Origin: Dehalococcoidia bacterium
GTDB lineage: Bacteria; Chloroflexota; Dehalococcoidia; Plut-88900
Assembly: GCA_965207225.1 (NCBI GenBank)
Contig: CBDBLV010000005.1
Span: 1,184,001 to 1,248,000 of the forward strand
DNA: 64,000 nt
Direction: 5' to 3'
A program made the translations under genes and the position numbers. Below the pieces are notes generated by a model that saw nothing but the letters and a program-made list of their open reading frames with translations, had not been told where the DNA came from and searched no databases. This document shows positions 18,245 to 28,010 of the stretch, piece by piece. Numbering within the stretch: position 1 is the first letter of the stretch; each line of letters starts with the position of its first letter.

Positions 18245-19594
18245 TTAGGCGGCGGGTTCCTGCTGCAGTTCCCGGAGGACGCGCTGGGCGGAGAGGACAG
18301 CGGCTTCCAGACCTCCGCTGACTGTGTAGTCGCCGCAGTAGTGGATTCGGCCCGTGGGCTGCTTGATCCTTTCGGCGATTTCCAGGCGTCCGATGCGCCA
18401 GGGGCTGATGGCGTGGGGCCAATGCTTTATTGAGGTCTCGACGATCTTGCCAGCGATGTCGGGGAAGGCGGAGATTAGATCTTCAGTGAGGACTTCGAGG
18501 GCCTCACCGTCGGACATTTTCTGTAGCTCCTTGGACTCCTTGTCGCCGGTGTATACCCTCAGGAGCCCCTGTCCAGTGCGTTCCTTCACTTCCCTCGGGA
18601 AGGTGAAAGTAGGGTTGGTCACCGATATGATTTTCCTGCCAACGATAGGTACCCGCCATACACCCTCACCGAGGAATTTCTCCGAGTTCTCGCTGAGGAG
18701 GAACCCGGCGGAAGTCATGGATCCGAAGTCGACCTGCTCCATAACTTCCCGTTTCCACTGGGGCATGTCCTTGACGATGCCGGTGACGAGGGGTGCGGGT
18801 ATGGATATGACGCAGCGTCGGGTGGTTACGGTCTTGCGCTCACCGGAGTGGTCGTAGCTTACGCGAACGGCGCCGTTTTCGTGGACTATCTCGTCGACGG
18901 TGGCCGAAGTCTCGGTCTTGTCCTTGACGTGGTCCCAGAGGGCCCTGGTCAACTCCCAGGTGCCGCCGGTGACGTAGTACTCGTCCTCGGCAAAGTGAAG
19001 GAAGGTATTGATGGGCTGGAATGCGGCGACTTCGTCGGCGGTGGCGGTGTTGGCGCCCTTGGAAAGGGTGTCCCAGATGGCCCGGATGTCGGGGTGGTGG
19101 GCGTCCATGAAGTCTTCCAGGGTCTCGGCGCAGAGCTCCTGGGTCTTGGGATTATTGGGGTCGGGTTCCTGGTCGACCAACTCGCTGAAGCGGCTGCGGA
19201 TTCGGAGGACCTTGAGGCCCATCTTGACCTTCTCTATCAACGGGATGGGGAGGCGCCAGAGGAAGAGGGGTTCACCGAGGGAACGGGGGCGGAGGGGGGC
19301 GGTAATCAGCCTGCCCTTCATGTGCATGGGCATACGGGTCTTGTCGATGAGGGTCTTCTCTACACCGATCTCCCGGGCCAGCTTGGACGTTTCGCCTTCG
19401 TCGTTGAGGACCACCTGGGCGCCGGTGTTGTAGACATACTCGCCCATCTTGCGGGAAACGGTGCGTCCGCCGCATACGTCCTCCTTTTCCAGGACGAGGA
19501 TGTTCTTGTCCCTGAGTCGGTAGGCGGTAGCGAGGCCTGCGAGGCCCGCACCCACGATTACTGCGTCAAGGATTTGATTGTTTTCATCGGGCAT
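18245..19594 (-). CDS. Flavin amine oxidase-like FAD oxidoreductase (tandem paralog)
   Basis: GAGLAGL, GGRT, GAQ, YCGDY; clearly similar to the adjacent gene. Confidence 0.85.
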   Translation of the reverse strand: MPDENNQILDAVIVGAGLAGLATAYRLRDKNILVLEKEDVCGGRTVSRKMGEYVYNTGAQVVLNDEGETSKLAREIGVEKTLIDKTRMPMHMKGRLITAPLRPRSLGEPLFLWRLPIPLIEKVKMGLKVLRIRSRFSELVDQEPDPNNPKTQELCAETLEDFMDAHHPDIRAIWDTLSKGANTATADEVAAFQPINTFLHFAEDEYYVTGGTWELTRALWDHVKDKTETSATVDEIVHENGAVRVSYDHSGERKTVTTRRCVISIPAPLVTGIVKDMPQWKREVMEQVDFGSMTSAGFLLSENSEKFLGEGVWRVPIVGRKIISVTNPTFTFPREVKERTGQGLLRVYTGDKESKELQKMSDGEALEVLTEDLISAFPDIAGKIVETSIKHWPHAISPWRIGRLEIAERIKQPTGRIHYCGDYTVSGGLEAAVLSAQRVLRELQQEPAA

Positions 19595-19766
19595 TTGCGG
19601 TTGTCCCTTCGGGCAGTGAGGTTGGTGGCAAGCAGAGGCTCGGGGGCCGGGGGAATGATACAACATCGGGGTGGGGGGTGTGCGATGGTGCCACGGGGCT
19701 GAGAGCAACCACTCAGCCCCACAAGGGAACCCTCACCCCCTTGGTCCCCCTCTCCCTTAGGGCCTG

Positions 19767-21035
19767 TGTATAGACCGGGGAGAAGGGTAACAGTTGTTCG
19801 GGGAGATAGGTAACACATTTCCTACTTACTTAGATCTATGGTAGCAATGGGTTGTACGGAGAAGAAGACTTTCCACGTGCCGTCTTTGGACCCGGGTCTA
19901 AGGGCGACACACTTTCTTCGGAAGGCTTTCCCCACCTTAAAGGTTCTGCCCTTGAACCATATGCGGCCGTTGATGTCGACCTTGCGCACCTGGTCATTGG
20001 TGTCGTACTCGATGGCAGGCAGGACCTCGGGGAAGGGCCGGGGGCTGGGGGTGTATCGGCTGGAGGGGGTATTGAGGTCCAGGGCATGGTGAGGACGCTG
20101 GAGGTTGTAGAAGTCTCTCCAGGTGTCGAAGCTGCCCTGGCAGTGGTGCAGGTCTGTGTAGATGCTTCCCTGGAGCAGTTCGCTCTTGAGGGACTTGTGG
20201 AAGCGTTCAAGCTTGCCGAGAGTCTGGGGGTGGTGGGGTCTGCTGTGGATCACCCTGACTCCCAGTTGCAGCAACCAGACGGTCAAGGGCGTGAAGGGAT
20301 GGTAGAGGTCGTGGCCCCAGGGGGCGCCGTTGTCTACCAGCATAGTGACGGGCATGCCGTAACGGCGGAATACAGAGGTGAGGTGGCCACGGACCGTGGG
20401 AGTCTTCTCATCTGGGCAAGCCCTTACAGCCAGGGAGAACCTGGAGTGATCATCGAGGATCGTCAGAGGGTGACATCTTCCACCACTGGACATGGGTATA
20501 TGTCCCTTGAAGTCCATCTGCCAAAGGTCGTTGGGCCGGGGGTGCTCAAAGCGGCGGTAGGGCTTGTGCTTGAGGCTCTGGGCCGGCTCTATAAGTCCAT
20601 GTCGACTGAGGATGGCTGTGACGGTGCTCTTGGCCGGTACACCGCCGTACCCTCTGTCCTTGAGCATCTTGGCCAGCACATGACCCCCCTTGGTGGGGAA
20701 CTCCCTTCGAAGGTCTATTACCAGTTGCTCCATATCGGCGCTGGTGCGGTTCGGCGAGTGATGGGGACACTTGGAAAGGTCTTCCAGACTCCCCTTACCC
20801 CCTTCCAGGTATCGTCTCAGCCACTTGTAGCCGGTCTTACGGCTGATCCCGCTGCGCAGACACAGCTCACTCATGTTCACACCCTCGGACTGGGCCAGGA
20901 CCACAAACTCTTCCCGTTGAGACATGACCGTTCCAACCTTCCATGGCATAGAAACCCTCCTCTTGCAGAATCGCTATGCCTAATGGTGTAACCTATGTCT
21001 CCGAACATGTGTAACCTATGTCCCCGGTCTATACA
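19767..21035 (-). mobile_element. IS481-family insertion sequence
   Basis: 26-bp imperfect terminal inverted repeats TGTATAGACCGGGG...CCCCGGTCTATACA, internal repeated GATAGGTAACA-like sites, single transposase. Confidence 0.93.
19822..20949 (-). CDS. IS481 DDE transposase
   Basis: MPWK, HTH ISRKTGYKW, WQMDFKG, DDHSRF, DNG.PWG, PQT.GK.ERFH. Confidence 0.93.
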   Translation of the reverse strand: MPWKVGTVMSQREEFVVLAQSEGVNMSELCLRSGISRKTGYKWLRRYLEGGKGSLEDLSKCPHHSPNRTSADMEQLVIDLRREFPTKGGHVLAKMLKDRGYGGVPAKSTVTAILSRHGLIEPAQSLKHKPYRRFEHPRPNDLWQMDFKGHIPMSSGGRCHPLTILDDHSRFSLAVRACPDEKTPTVRGHLTSVFRRYGMPVTMLVDNGAPWGHDLYHPFTPLTVWLLQLGVRVIHSRPHHPQTLGKLERFHKSLKSELLQGSIYTDLHHCQGSFDTWRDFYNLQRPHHALDLNTPSSRYTPSPRPFPEVLPAIEYDTNDQVRKVDINGRIWFKGRTFKVGKAFRRKCVALRPGSKDGTWKVFFSVQPIATIDLSK

Positions 21036-21313
21036 ACGGCCCTAAGGGAGAGGGGGGAAAGAAGAACAGAGACATACCCCATGCGCTAAAGCGCATGGGG
21101 TATGTCTCTAGTTCAGTACTGGGGGGTGGGCGATGTTCACTGGCCCACACAGAATCCGTTCGACCCTTCGAGTCACCTCAGGATGAGCGGATTCTGCCCC
21201 ACCCCTACAGCTAAACTGCTAAGTGTTCCGGGAGAGCCAGGCATCAAGTTATGTAAGGGTCTCCTTAAGTGGGAGGGGACCGGACATCTCCACGCGTCCT
21301 GCAGAGTCGGGGG

Positions 21314-21730
21314 TTAACTGGGGTCGTGGTTGAGCATCCAGCTTATGCCGAACTTGTCGGTGCAGGAGCCGAAGTAGGAGCCCCAGAACATGTCCTGCTG
21401 GGGCATGGTTACGATGCCGCCCTCGGAGAGTTTGGCAAAGAGCTGATCGGCTTCCTCTCGGGTGGAGGGCATGTAGGAGATGGAGAAGTTGGTGCCCGAG
21501 ACGGGGGGAGGGCCAAAGGCGGAGGGGACGTCGCTGCCCATGAGGACGCTGCTGCCGATGCTGTAGGAGACGTGCATGACGTTGTTGCGCTCTGCCTCGG
21601 GGATGGGCATGTCCTCGGGGCCTTCGGCGAAGGTGGTGAAGATGTCGTACTCCCCGCCGAAGATGGAGCGGTAGAACTCGAAGGCCTCGCGGCAGTTGCC
21701 GTTGAAGTGGAGGTATACGTAGAGGGACAT
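21314..21730 (-). CDS. VOC/PhnB family protein
   Basis: YLHFNGNCREAFEFY..IFGG, VMH, FWG..FG...DKFGI.W. Confidence 0.9.
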   Translation of the reverse strand: MSLYVYLHFNGNCREAFEFYRSIFGGEYDIFTTFAEGPEDMPIPEAERNNVMHVSYSIGSSVLMGSDVPSAFGPPPVSGTNFSISYMPSTREEADQLFAKLSEGGIVTMPQQDMFWGSYFGSCTDKFGISWMLNHDPS

Positions 21731-21932
21731 GTTTTCCTGCCTTTTGGTTTATTTCTATCACGGACACCAGGAGCACTGTGGCGCAAGTTGATTGACACCG
21801 AAGGTGTATTTTACTCAATCACACTCCATTCCCCAAACACCAATCCTGATGACCTGGGCTAATGCCCTTCGTTACTTGTACCATGAGGGATACGGGCCTA
21901 GTGGATGATATAATTGGCCATCCGGTGAAACC

Positions 21933-22220
21933 ATGCCTCTGAAGCGCGAAGAAGTTGAGCACATTGCCCGGTTGGCGCGGGTCGGGATGACGGAGGAGGA
22001 TTTGGAGATCTTCGGGGGGCAACTGTCGCACATCCTGGAGCAGTTCAACGTGCTGAGGGAGGTCGACACCGAGAATGTTCTCCCTACCTCCCACACCGTG
22101 AACCTGTCCAGCGTCTTCAGGGACGACGAGGAGCGCGCCTCCCTGGCCCAGGAAGACGTATTGGTAAACGCGCCTCGCAGGGACGACGACTTTTTCAGGG
22201 TCAAGCCGGTGCTCGGCTGA
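21933..22220 (+). CDS. gatC: Glu/Asp-tRNA amidotransferase subunit C
   Basis: VEHIARLAR, L.EVDTENV.PT, NAP.....FF.V; directly upstream of gatA. Confidence 0.92.
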   Translation: MPLKREEVEHIARLARVGMTEEDLEIFGGQLSHILEQFNVLREVDTENVLPTSHTVNLSSVFRDDEERASLAQEDVLVNAPRRDDDFFRVKPVLG

Positions 22221-22228
22221 CCCGCACC

Positions 22229-23698
22229 ATGAACGCTTCGCAACCTCTCCACGCTCTCACCATCCACGACGCATCCGAACTGCTGGCGCGCCGCCAGATC
22301 TCCTCTGTAGAGCTTACGGAGGCCGTGCTGGCCCGCATTGAGGGAGTGGATGAGAGGGTCAAGGCTTTCGTTACGGTCACTGGGGATAGGGCGATGGAAG
22401 AAGCGCGGGCGTCGGATGAGAGACGGGGTGCAAGAAGGCTCGGGCCCCTGGACGGGGTGCCGATGATGCTGAAGGACAACCTCTGCACGAACGGCATTAG
22501 AACCACGTGCTCCTCCAAAATGCTAGAGAACTTCGTGCCGCCCTATGATGCCCACGTTACGGAGCGGCTGCGGGAGTCGGGGGCGGTTATGGTGGGGAAG
22601 GGCAACCTTGACGAGTTTGCGATGGGGTCTTCGACGGAGAACTCGGCGTATTTCACGACGAGTAACCCCTGGGACCTGGGTCGGGTGCCGGGGGGGAGCA
22701 GCGGGGGAGCAACGGCTGCGGTGGCGGCGGGGGAGGCAATGTATTCGCTGGGCTCCGACACGGGCGGCAGCATCCGGCAGCCGGCGTCCTTCTGCGGGGT
22801 GGTGGGATTGAAGCCGACCTACGGGGCGGTGAGCAGGTACGGGCTGGTGGCCTTCGGGAGCTCGCTGGACCAGATAGGCCCGATTACCAAGGACGTGAAG
22901 GACAGCGCGCTGGTGATGAACGTGATTGCGGGGCACGATGCACGGGACTCGACGTCCGTACCATTTGAGCCGCCGGACTACACTGAATCCCTGGTGCCGA
23001 ACATCAAGGGGATGAGGATAGGGGTACCGAAGGAGTATTTTGTCGAGGGGATGGGGCAGGACGTGGTCGACGTTATAGGGAGAGCCATTGCCAAGCTTGA
23101 GGAGCTGGGGGCGGAGGTAGAACGCGACGTATCCTTGCTCCACACGAAGTACGCACTGGCGGTGTACTACATCATTGCTCCCTCGGAGGCGTCGGCGAAT
23201 TTGGCCCGGTACGACGGTGTGAAGTACGGGTACTCGGCGCAGGATGCGGGGAGCATGTGGGAGGCGATGGAGAAGACGCGGCAGCACGGGTTCGGGCCCG
23301 AGGTGAAGCGGCGGATAATGCTCGGGACCTATGCTCTGTCGTCGGGCTACCACGATGCTTACTACCTGAAAGCGCAGAAGGTGAGGACGTTGATACGTCG
23401 TGAGTTCGAAGAGGCGTTTGAGCGGTACGACGCCCTGGTAGCGCCGACTTGCCCGACTCCGGCCTTTGAGCTCGGGGCGAAGACCGACGACCCCGTGCAG
23501 ATGTACCTGAGCGACATTTGCACCATCCCGGCGAACATTGCTGGCATCCCTGCGATCTCGGTGCCGGCGGGGTTTTCGTTCGGGCTGCCGGTGGGGATGC
23601 AGATCATGGCCAAGGCCTTTGGGGAGCCGACCCTCTTCAGGCTGGCCTACGCCTACGAGCAGTCGATGGGGTGGCGGCACCTTCGGGCGCCGGTCTAA
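22229..23698 (+). CDS. gatA: Glu/Asp-tRNA amidotransferase subunit A
   Basis: KDN, DEFAMGSSTENS, GGSSGG, GSDTGGSIRQPA, EVKRRIMLGTYALSSGY. Confidence 0.95.
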   Translation: MNASQPLHALTIHDASELLARRQISSVELTEAVLARIEGVDERVKAFVTVTGDRAMEEARASDERRGARRLGPLDGVPMMLKDNLCTNGIRTTCSSKMLENFVPPYDAHVTERLRESGAVMVGKGNLDEFAMGSSTENSAYFTTSNPWDLGRVPGGSSGGATAAVAAGEAMYSLGSDTGGSIRQPASFCGVVGLKPTYGAVSRYGLVAFGSSLDQIGPITKDVKDSALVMNVIAGHDARDSTSVPFEPPDYTESLVPNIKGMRIGVPKEYFVEGMGQDVVDVIGRAIAKLEELGAEVERDVSLLHTKYALAVYYIIAPSEASANLARYDGVKYGYSAQDAGSMWEAMEKTRQHGFGPEVKRRIMLGTYALSSGYHDAYYLKAQKVRTLIRREFEEAFERYDALVAPTCPTPAFELGAKTDDPVQMYLSDICTIPANIAGIPAISVPAGFSFGLPVGMQIMAKAFGEPTLFRLAYAYEQSMGWRHLRAPV

Positions 23699-23837
23699 GA
23701 AGGCCCGGCACTTAACCTCGCAAGTAATCTTCTTAGATTCGCCCATGCTTCGACAGGCTCAGCACAGGCAGTGTGAGTACGGTGCATTTTGCTATACTCA
23801 CAGGACTCCTCCCGAGTCTTTATTTCCTGACGACACT

Positions 23838-25379
23838 ATGGGCAATCGCGACGTTTCGGCGGCCTGGGACTATCACAACGCCACCAAGCACACTTACTGG
23901 AGCGTGCGCGGGGGTCTCGGGCTGGACTGGCCCAACCAACCCCTGCCTTTCAAGATTTACAAGGATGTAGAGAGCATTCGGCTTCCGAGAGACGGGGGCC
24001 CGATAACGGCGGGACTGCTGGAGGCGCTAGGTGCTTCCCCAGCATCTCTTGAAGGGGAGTCGGTCCCCGACCTGGGCCTGCTGGCCCGCATCCTGTATTT
24101 CTCCGCGGGCATTACGAAGAGGATGCCGTACACGGGAGGCGAGATCTTCTTCCGGGCGGCGGCCTGCACGGGTGCGCTGTATCACATCGACCTGTACCTG
24201 GTCTGCGGTGACATGCCGGGCCTGGAAGCGGGGATCTACCATTTCGGGCCGCACGACTTCGGGTTGGTGCAATTGCGGAAGGGAGACTTCCGGCGTGTGC
24301 TGGTGGAAGCATCGGGGGAGGAGCCGGCAGTGGCAGAAGCGCCGGTGACGGTTGTTCTGGCCGACACCCATTGGAGAAATGCCTGGAAATACGGGGCCCG
24401 GGCGTACCGGCACGCGTTCTGGGACTCGGGGACGCTGCTGGCGAATATGCTGGCTGCGGCGTCGGGGGCGGGAGTCCCGGCGAGGGTTGTGACTTCTTTT
24501 GTGGACGAGGAGGTGCACCGATTGCTCGGGTTGGAAGCGGAGAAGGAGTCGGTGATTGCATTGGTGCCGTTGGGTCAGGTGCCGGGTCAAGTGGTCGGGG
24601 AAACACCTCCCATCGAGCCTCTCAACCTTTCCACCGAGTCCCTTTCCCCCAAGATGATCGAGTACCCCGCGATCTACGATTTTCACAGGAGTTCTTCCCT
24701 TGAATCGGCAGAAGAGGTGAAGGACGTAAGAGATGGGACGCCGGAGAGGGAAGAAGGTGAGGAAGTGGGAGAGCTTATCGCACTGCCTCGGGATGGGGAG
24801 GGGTTGGGGGACCGGACGCTGGAGGAGACGATTGTAAGGCGGGGGTCGACGCGTGCGTTTGCGCATGAGTCGATATCCCTGGAACAGCTAGTTGTGGCGC
24901 TGGACTATTCGACTCGGGGGATTGACGCAGACTTCCTACCGTCTTGCGGTTCGTCGATCAACCGGCTTTTCCTGATAGTGAACGCAGTCGAGGGCCTCGC
25001 CCCGGGCGCGTACCTGTACCACCGAGGGCAGCATGCGCTGGAGTTGCTGAAGGAGGGAGACTTCCGTAGGGAGGCGGGATATCTGGGTCTTGAGCAGAAG
25101 ATCCCTGCCGATGCCAGCGTTAACGTCTACATGCTTGCAGACTTGAACCAAGTCCTGGGAGCGTACGGGAACCAGGGGTACCGGATGGCGGAGCTGGAAT
25201 CGGGGATAATAGGGGGCCGGTTGTACCTGGTGGCCTACGGCACGGGATTCGGGGCCAGTGGTCTGACATTCTACGACGATGAGGTAGTCGAGTTTTTCGG
25301 GCCGAGGGCGGAAGGGCTGAGCGTGATGTTCCTGGTGGCGCTGGGACGGTCTGTGAAGCGGCGGAAAGTCGGGGAATAG
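23838..25379 (+). CDS. SagB/ThcOx-family two-domain nitroreductase-like dehydrogenase
   Basis: YH..TKH, RAA...GALY, WKYG.RAYRH, R.STR.F, GASGLTFYDD. Confidence 0.85.
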   Translation: MGNRDVSAAWDYHNATKHTYWSVRGGLGLDWPNQPLPFKIYKDVESIRLPRDGGPITAGLLEALGASPASLEGESVPDLGLLARILYFSAGITKRMPYTGGEIFFRAAACTGALYHIDLYLVCGDMPGLEAGIYHFGPHDFGLVQLRKGDFRRVLVEASGEEPAVAEAPVTVVLADTHWRNAWKYGARAYRHAFWDSGTLLANMLAAASGAGVPARVVTSFVDEEVHRLLGLEAEKESVIALVPLGQVPGQVVGETPPIEPLNLSTESLSPKMIEYPAIYDFHRSSSLESAEEVKDVRDGTPEREEGEEVGELIALPRDGEGLGDRTLEETIVRRGSTRAFAHESISLEQLVVALDYSTRGIDADFLPSCGSSINRLFLIVNAVEGLAPGAYLYHRGQHALELLKEGDFRREAGYLGLEQKIPADASVNVYMLADLNQVLGAYGNQGYRMAELESGIIGGRLYLVAYGTGFGASGLTFYDDEVVEFFGPRAEGLSVMFLVALGRSVKRRKVGE

Positions 25380-25423
25380 TGATTTCGTATGTAGGTTGCC
25401 TTGATCAGAAGGGAGAAGGGAAG

Positions 25424-26584
25424 ATGAAACAGGCTACATGGCAGTATTGCACGCTGGAGGAATACCAGGGCAGGCTGGATGCGCTGAGGGCTCGCATGGA
25501 GGCCAAGGGCGTGGACTGCATGATGGTGCACACGCCGGAGAACCTGTGCTACCTGACGGGATATCAAACGCCCGGCTACTACTGGTACCAGACCCTCATC
25601 GTGCCCATGGACCGGGAGCCGGTCTTCATCACCAGACTCCTCGAGAACTCCAACGTGGAGCACCTTACCTGGGTGGAGGACAGCCGGCCCTACGGTGACT
25701 CGGACGACTGGGTAAAGCAGACCAAAGACACACTTGTCGATCTGGGCATGGGGTCGAAGAGGATTGGGGTGGAGATGGGCTCCTGGTTCATAACCATCTC
25801 GGACTATCAACGTCTCCAGGGGATGCTGCCGGATGCACAGTGGGTGGACTGCTCGATGATGGTGGAAGAGGGCCGGATGATCAAATCGCCGCAGGAAATC
25901 GAGTACATCACGCAGGCGGCGAGGGCCACGGAGGCGGGGGTAGTGGCCGGCATCGAGGCCTCGGCGGTGGGGGCGACGGAGAATGAGGTAGCGGCGGCAG
26001 TGTATGCGGCGCAAATCAAGGCTGGCAGCGAGTACACGGGCCTGCCGCTGTTCGTAACGGCGGGCAAGAGGTCGTTCCTGGGCCACGTGACGTGGTATCG
26101 AGAGACGATTCAGGCGGGGGACACGGTGTTCCTTGAGATATCGGGGTGCATAAACCGGTATCACGCATCGCAGATGCGGAACGTGTACCTGGGGGACCCG
26201 CCGGAGGCGTCGGTAAGGGCGACGGGTGTGATGGCCACGGCCCTGGAGGAGATGATCAAGTTCATCAAGCCGGGGGTCAGGGCGCACGACGCCCACATGG
26301 TCTGCAAGAACGTTATCGGGGACGCGGGGCTGGGGGTAGAACTCAATCACCGGGCGGGATATTCCATCGGCATAGCCTTCGCACCTGACTGGGGGGAGGG
26401 CCACATCATCAGCCTGAACGAAGGCGAGTACCGGGAATTGCGTCCCGGCATGACGTTCCACCTGATCCCGGCGGTCTTCATACCGGGCCTGACGTCGGTG
26501 GGGGTGAGCGAGACGGTGCTTGTTACGGAGTCGGGGTGCGAGCCGATAACGGGGAACGTTGAGAGGAAGCTGTTTTCGAAGTAG
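25424..26584 (+). CDS. M24-fold hydrolase, ectoine hydrolase (EutD/DoeA)-like, paralog 1
   Basis: PEN..YLTGY, IKS..EI, H.TW, E..GC..RYH, GYSIG....PDWGE, GMTFH. Confidence 0.8.
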   Translation: MKQATWQYCTLEEYQGRLDALRARMEAKGVDCMMVHTPENLCYLTGYQTPGYYWYQTLIVPMDREPVFITRLLENSNVEHLTWVEDSRPYGDSDDWVKQTKDTLVDLGMGSKRIGVEMGSWFITISDYQRLQGMLPDAQWVDCSMMVEEGRMIKSPQEIEYITQAARATEAGVVAGIEASAVGATENEVAAAVYAAQIKAGSEYTGLPLFVTAGKRSFLGHVTWYRETIQAGDTVFLEISGCINRYHASQMRNVYLGDPPEASVRATGVMATALEEMIKFIKPGVRAHDAHMVCKNVIGDAGLGVELNHRAGYSIGIAFAPDWGEGHIISLNEGEYRELRPGMTFHLIPAVFIPGLTSVGVSETVLVTESGCEPITGNVERKLFSK

Positions 26585-26719
26585 GGGGTTGAGGGTGATC
26601 CCTCACCTTAAGCCTCTGCCAAGCCTACCCCAGCCCCCCGCTCATACTTCGAGAGCCTCAGCATGAGCGGCCCCACCCAATGGATGAATGGAGTTTATGA
26701 GTTGTAGGTAAAGAAAGAG

Positions 26720-27880
26720 ATGAAGAAACCGAACTGGCAGTATTTCGAGTTGGAGGAGTACCAGCGGAGGCTGGATGCTCTGAGGGGTCGGATGGAGGGG
26801 TTGGGTGTGGACGCGGTGCTCATCAACACCCCCGAGAACCTCTACTACCTTTCGGGATACCAGACCCCTGGGTACTACTGGTGGCAGACGCTGGTCGTGC
26901 CGATGGACCGGGAGCCGGTTTCGGTGACACGCCGGGTGGAAGATTCGAACATGCGGGAGCTGGGGTGGGTGGAAGATAGGCGGCCCTATGAAGATTACGA
27001 AGACTGGGTCGAGAAGACCCGGGACGTGCTGGTGGACCTGGGGCTTGGGGGGAAGACCATCGGGATGGAGTTGGGCAGCTTCTTCCTGCCAGCGAGGGAC
27101 TATCTGAAGCTGCAAACGCTGATGCCCGGCGCCCGGTTTGTCGACAGCACGGGACTTGTGGAGGCCGGACGGCTTATCAAGTCCCCTCAGGAGATTGAGT
27201 ACATGTGGCAGGCGGCCCGGGCGGCGGAGGCGGCAACACTGGCAGGTATCGAGGCGGTGAGACTCGGGGCAACGGAGAACGACGTGGCAGCGGAGATGCA
27301 CCTGGCACAGATCAAGGCCGGCAGCGAGTACACGGGCCTACCGATGTTCATAGCGTCGGGGGTGAGGTCTACGATGACCCACGCCACCTGGTACCGGAGA
27401 CCCTTGGAGAAGGACGAGGTGGTCTTCTTCGAGGTGCCGGGGTGCATAAACCGCTACCACGCAGCGATGATGCGAGAGGTCTACATTGGGGACCCGCCGG
27501 AGTGGATGTCACGAGGGATGGACGTGGTGACCGACACCCTTGCAAAAGCCAAAGAGAAGATCAAGCCGGGGGTCGTGGCTGGGGAATTGTTCGAAGAGAT
27601 CAAGGGGATGCTGGACTCGGCGGAGCTGGGGGCCAAGCTGGAGCGTCGGGCGGCGTACTCCATAGGCATAGCATTCGCGCCCGACTGGGGCGAGGGCCAT
27701 ATACTGAGCATAATGAGGGGCGAGGAGCGGACTCTCCAGCCGGGGATGACCTTCCACCTGATCCCCGGGGTCCGGGTGGTGGGGCTGGGGGGCATCCTGT
27801 GCAGCGACACGGTGCTTGTCACGGAGGACGGGTGTGAGACGTTGACGAGTGGGGTGGAGCAGAAGCTGTTTGTGAAGTGA
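26720..27880 (+). CDS. EutD/DoeA-like M24-fold hydrolase, paralog 2
   Basis: Same motifs, highly similar to its neighbours. Confidence 0.8.
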   Translation: MKKPNWQYFELEEYQRRLDALRGRMEGLGVDAVLINTPENLYYLSGYQTPGYYWWQTLVVPMDREPVSVTRRVEDSNMRELGWVEDRRPYEDYEDWVEKTRDVLVDLGLGGKTIGMELGSFFLPARDYLKLQTLMPGARFVDSTGLVEAGRLIKSPQEIEYMWQAARAAEAATLAGIEAVRLGATENDVAAEMHLAQIKAGSEYTGLPMFIASGVRSTMTHATWYRRPLEKDEVVFFEVPGCINRYHAAMMREVYIGDPPEWMSRGMDVVTDTLAKAKEKIKPGVVAGELFEEIKGMLDSAELGAKLERRAAYSIGIAFAPDWGEGHILSIMRGEERTLQPGMTFHLIPGVRVVGLGGILCSDTVLVTEDGCETLTSGVEQKLFVK

Positions 27881-28010
27881 GGGTAAGCGAGACGGAATGG
27901 CGGGAGTGAACCCCGCCCCCGCTCGACCCTTCGACTCCGCTCAGGATGAGCGGCCCCGCCGCCCCAGAGAAAATATACAGGAGTTATCTGTAAACGGGTA
28001 AGGAGTGAAG

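Larger units (their letters stand above)
19725..21128 (+). repeat. Variable-palindrome repeat, copy R3, split by IS481 (halves 19725-19766 and 21036-21128)
   Basis: Left half ends CCCTTAGGGCCTG, right half starts ACGGCCCTAAGGG; second hairpin at 21068-21109. Confidence 0.8.

Noticed and set aside
21933-23698. gatCA without gatB
   Set aside because: A split gat operon is common in many bacteria and not remarkable.
23838-25379. RiPP (azole) biosynthetic cluster around the SagB-like gene
   Set aside because: No YcaO, precursor peptide or transporter nearby; stand-alone members of this family are common.
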